A stretch of DNA of 64,000 bases from Mytilus edulis (taxonomy: Eukaryota): the NCBI RefSeq assembly GCF_963676685.1, contig NC_092357.1, forward strand, positions 26,660,001-26,724,000. Reading direction: 5' to 3'. Positions 62,074 through 64,000 of this stretch are shown here, one piece after another. The position numbers and the translations under genes are program-made. Positions within the stretch are counted from its first letter, which is position 1. Each line of letters starts with the position of its first letter. The notes below the pieces were generated by a model that searched no databases, was not told where the DNA came from, and saw only the letters and a program-made list of their open reading frames with translations.

Positions 62074-62644
62074 TGTAATGTTACCGGAACGGATTTCTGA
62101 TTTGTTTCCTCTATTAGTATTTTTGTAATGTCAGACACATTTCCTGTCAAAATTGTTCTGCTTTCAAAACTTATATTTGCTGGTTATAAGCGCCATAGAG
62201 TAAGTTCTTTACCTTTATTTATCTTAAAACTATTGTTAGATAAAGTTTACATAAGTATTTTTACTGATTATAAAGTATACGCTTTGAATTATGTCACACA
62301 TAAATCACGTTGTTCAAATCACTGTATGAAAAGTGCGAATTGTCAAATGAGTTGATCACATGGGTCATGTCAGATTTTTTAATTTTTACTGTATGGACCG
62401 GGTGAATCGTAATAAAGTTTTTTTTTTTTTATTTTCAAGATTTTACTTTCGGCGTTATTCATCCAATATTTTTATGTTTGATATTGATTGTATGTTATAA
62501 ATGACTTATGATTGATACATGTATGTTTGCTTGTTATTTACATTGTGATATTTTCTTTTGTGTAGTCTTTTACCCTCAGTAGAAGGAGAAATAAACATAT
62601 CCAAATTTATAGTGTTCTTTGATTTTGGTTCATGTAACATCACA
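62074..62644 (+). repeat. Putative 5' LTR of BEL/Pao element
   Basis: tgtaatgtt ... aacatcaca imperfect terminal inverted repeat; AATAAA near 62589; immediately upstream of gag. The partner LTR is outside the window. Confidence 0.65.
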
Positions 62645-62673
62645 GTAAAAGATCTCATACAGCAGCAGCAAAG

Positions 62674-64000
62674 ATGAGTCAAGCTGAAGGACATGCGTTT
62701 TCAGACAAATTACAGTCATTTTGTGAAAGTAGAGATGATTACGATAAATCATTGGACAAAAACATTCAATTGGTTAAACAACTACTTTTAGACTTTGATG
62801 AATGCTTTGATGAAGTTCATGCTAGTAATAAGCCATCTCAACAAAGACGTTCATCTGTGCAAGCGTCTCCTGATAGAAGTCTACCTGTGCAACAATCTTT
62901 TTGCATAGGTTCTCCTGTGCCACAACAACCATCTGTGAGTACAGATTCTGTAACATTAGCTAGTTCAGCTACCCAACAAAGACAATCAAAAGATCTTGAA
63001 GCCAAACGTATTAGATTAAAGTGTTTAGAAACTGAGATTGAGATTCGGAAGCAAACAGCAGCGTTAGAGGCACTGTTAGAGTTGAAAAGTGCTCAAAGTG
63101 ACTATCTGTTAAGTTTAGATGATCATGATCAGACTTTAGTTAAACGAATAGATTCTGATGAACGATTTCGTAGTGACACAAGGACAGATTCTAATAACAA
63201 CAACCATGTGACTTTTTCATCTAGTACTCCACATGGCCAGGCTAGCCAAAAGTTCACAAGTGATAATTATGAACAACCAAGTCATATTGAACCAGTGTCA
63301 ACGCTAAATGCATCTGCTTCCACATTTAAACCAAAAACAATAGATGATTCAACCTTACAATCTGCCACTGGACTAAGTCGTTTTTTGATTAAGAAAGATC
63401 TCATCTTAAATCGCCTATCGAAATTTGACGATAATCCCATGCTATATGTTTCATGGAAAATAAGTTTTAAGGGCATCATGCTAGAATTAGACACTTCTTC
63501 TACAGAGTAACTCGATTTATTAGTACGTTGGCTGGGGCCTGAGTCATCAAAACAGGCGTCAACCATTCGTGCATGTAATGCGATAAATCCAGGTTTAGCA
63601 GTTGAGAAAATTTGGGAACGACTAGAACAAAGGTTCGGTTCGCCAGTAGTCATAGAGACATGCTTAAAAAGAAGAATTTCGTCATTCAAGGTCATCGACA
63701 AACAAGACCCAAAACGCTTATATGAGTTAGCAGACCTTGCTTCTGAAATAGCTTCAATAAAATGTCAACCTCAGTATAACATTCTGTTTTCGTATTTTGA
63801 CTCCTCGACAGGAGTTAATCTCCTCATTTCCAAACTGCCATGGAATCTCCGTGAGAAATGTACAACAGATGCAACAAGATACAAGGAACGAGAACAATGT
63901 GTCTATCCCCCGTTTACATTTTTCGAACAATTCATACAGAGAATCGCTAAAATGAAGAATGACCCAAGTTTTCAACTTACCGGTACTCATGAGAAAACAA
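62674..64000 (+). pseudogene. gag: BEL/Pao LTR retrotransposon gag (DUF1759-like) with one in-frame stop; runs off the window
   Basis: RFLIKKDL..RLSKFDDNP..Y.SWK.SF; TAA at 63508-63510, then the same frame continues LDLLVRWLGPES..IWERLEQRFGSP..LYELADL..KLPW..YPPF..F..FI..NDPSF. Confidence 0.88.

Overview
AT-rich, intron- and repeat-rich animal DNA. The repeat families look like those of a bivalve mollusc (Mytilus-like); this is an inference. There are two host genes. The first is a six-coding-exon rhodopsin-class neuropeptide-type GPCR (+, 4842-17896, 321 aa, CCAP/vasopressin-receptor-like), whose exons join in consistent phase. The second is the large exon of a Mab-21/cGAS-like receptor (cGLR; -, 53105-54966), with an intact nucleotidyltransferase motif and probably a premature stop near its C-terminus. 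The rest is largely mobile DNA: a young Gmr1-type (PR-INT-RT-RH order) Gypsy LTR element with its RT deleted in frame (30267-35267); the 5' end of a BEL/Pao element (62074-end); TTAA-flanked Kolobok-type elements (5049-7613, 38321-44982) and a decayed KolX + transposase copy at about 56.5-59.8 kb; a DEDDh exonuclease gene interrupted by a retroposon; Penelope-like and LINE fragments; and TA-targeted MITEs. Several hammerhead-ribozyme motifs are present, one with an intact core sitting in the loop of a perfect 51-bp inverted repeat (19202-19361). There is also an apparent excess of TACATGTA footprints, one of which appears as an in-frame insertion in the Gypsy gag. No prokaryotic features were seen.
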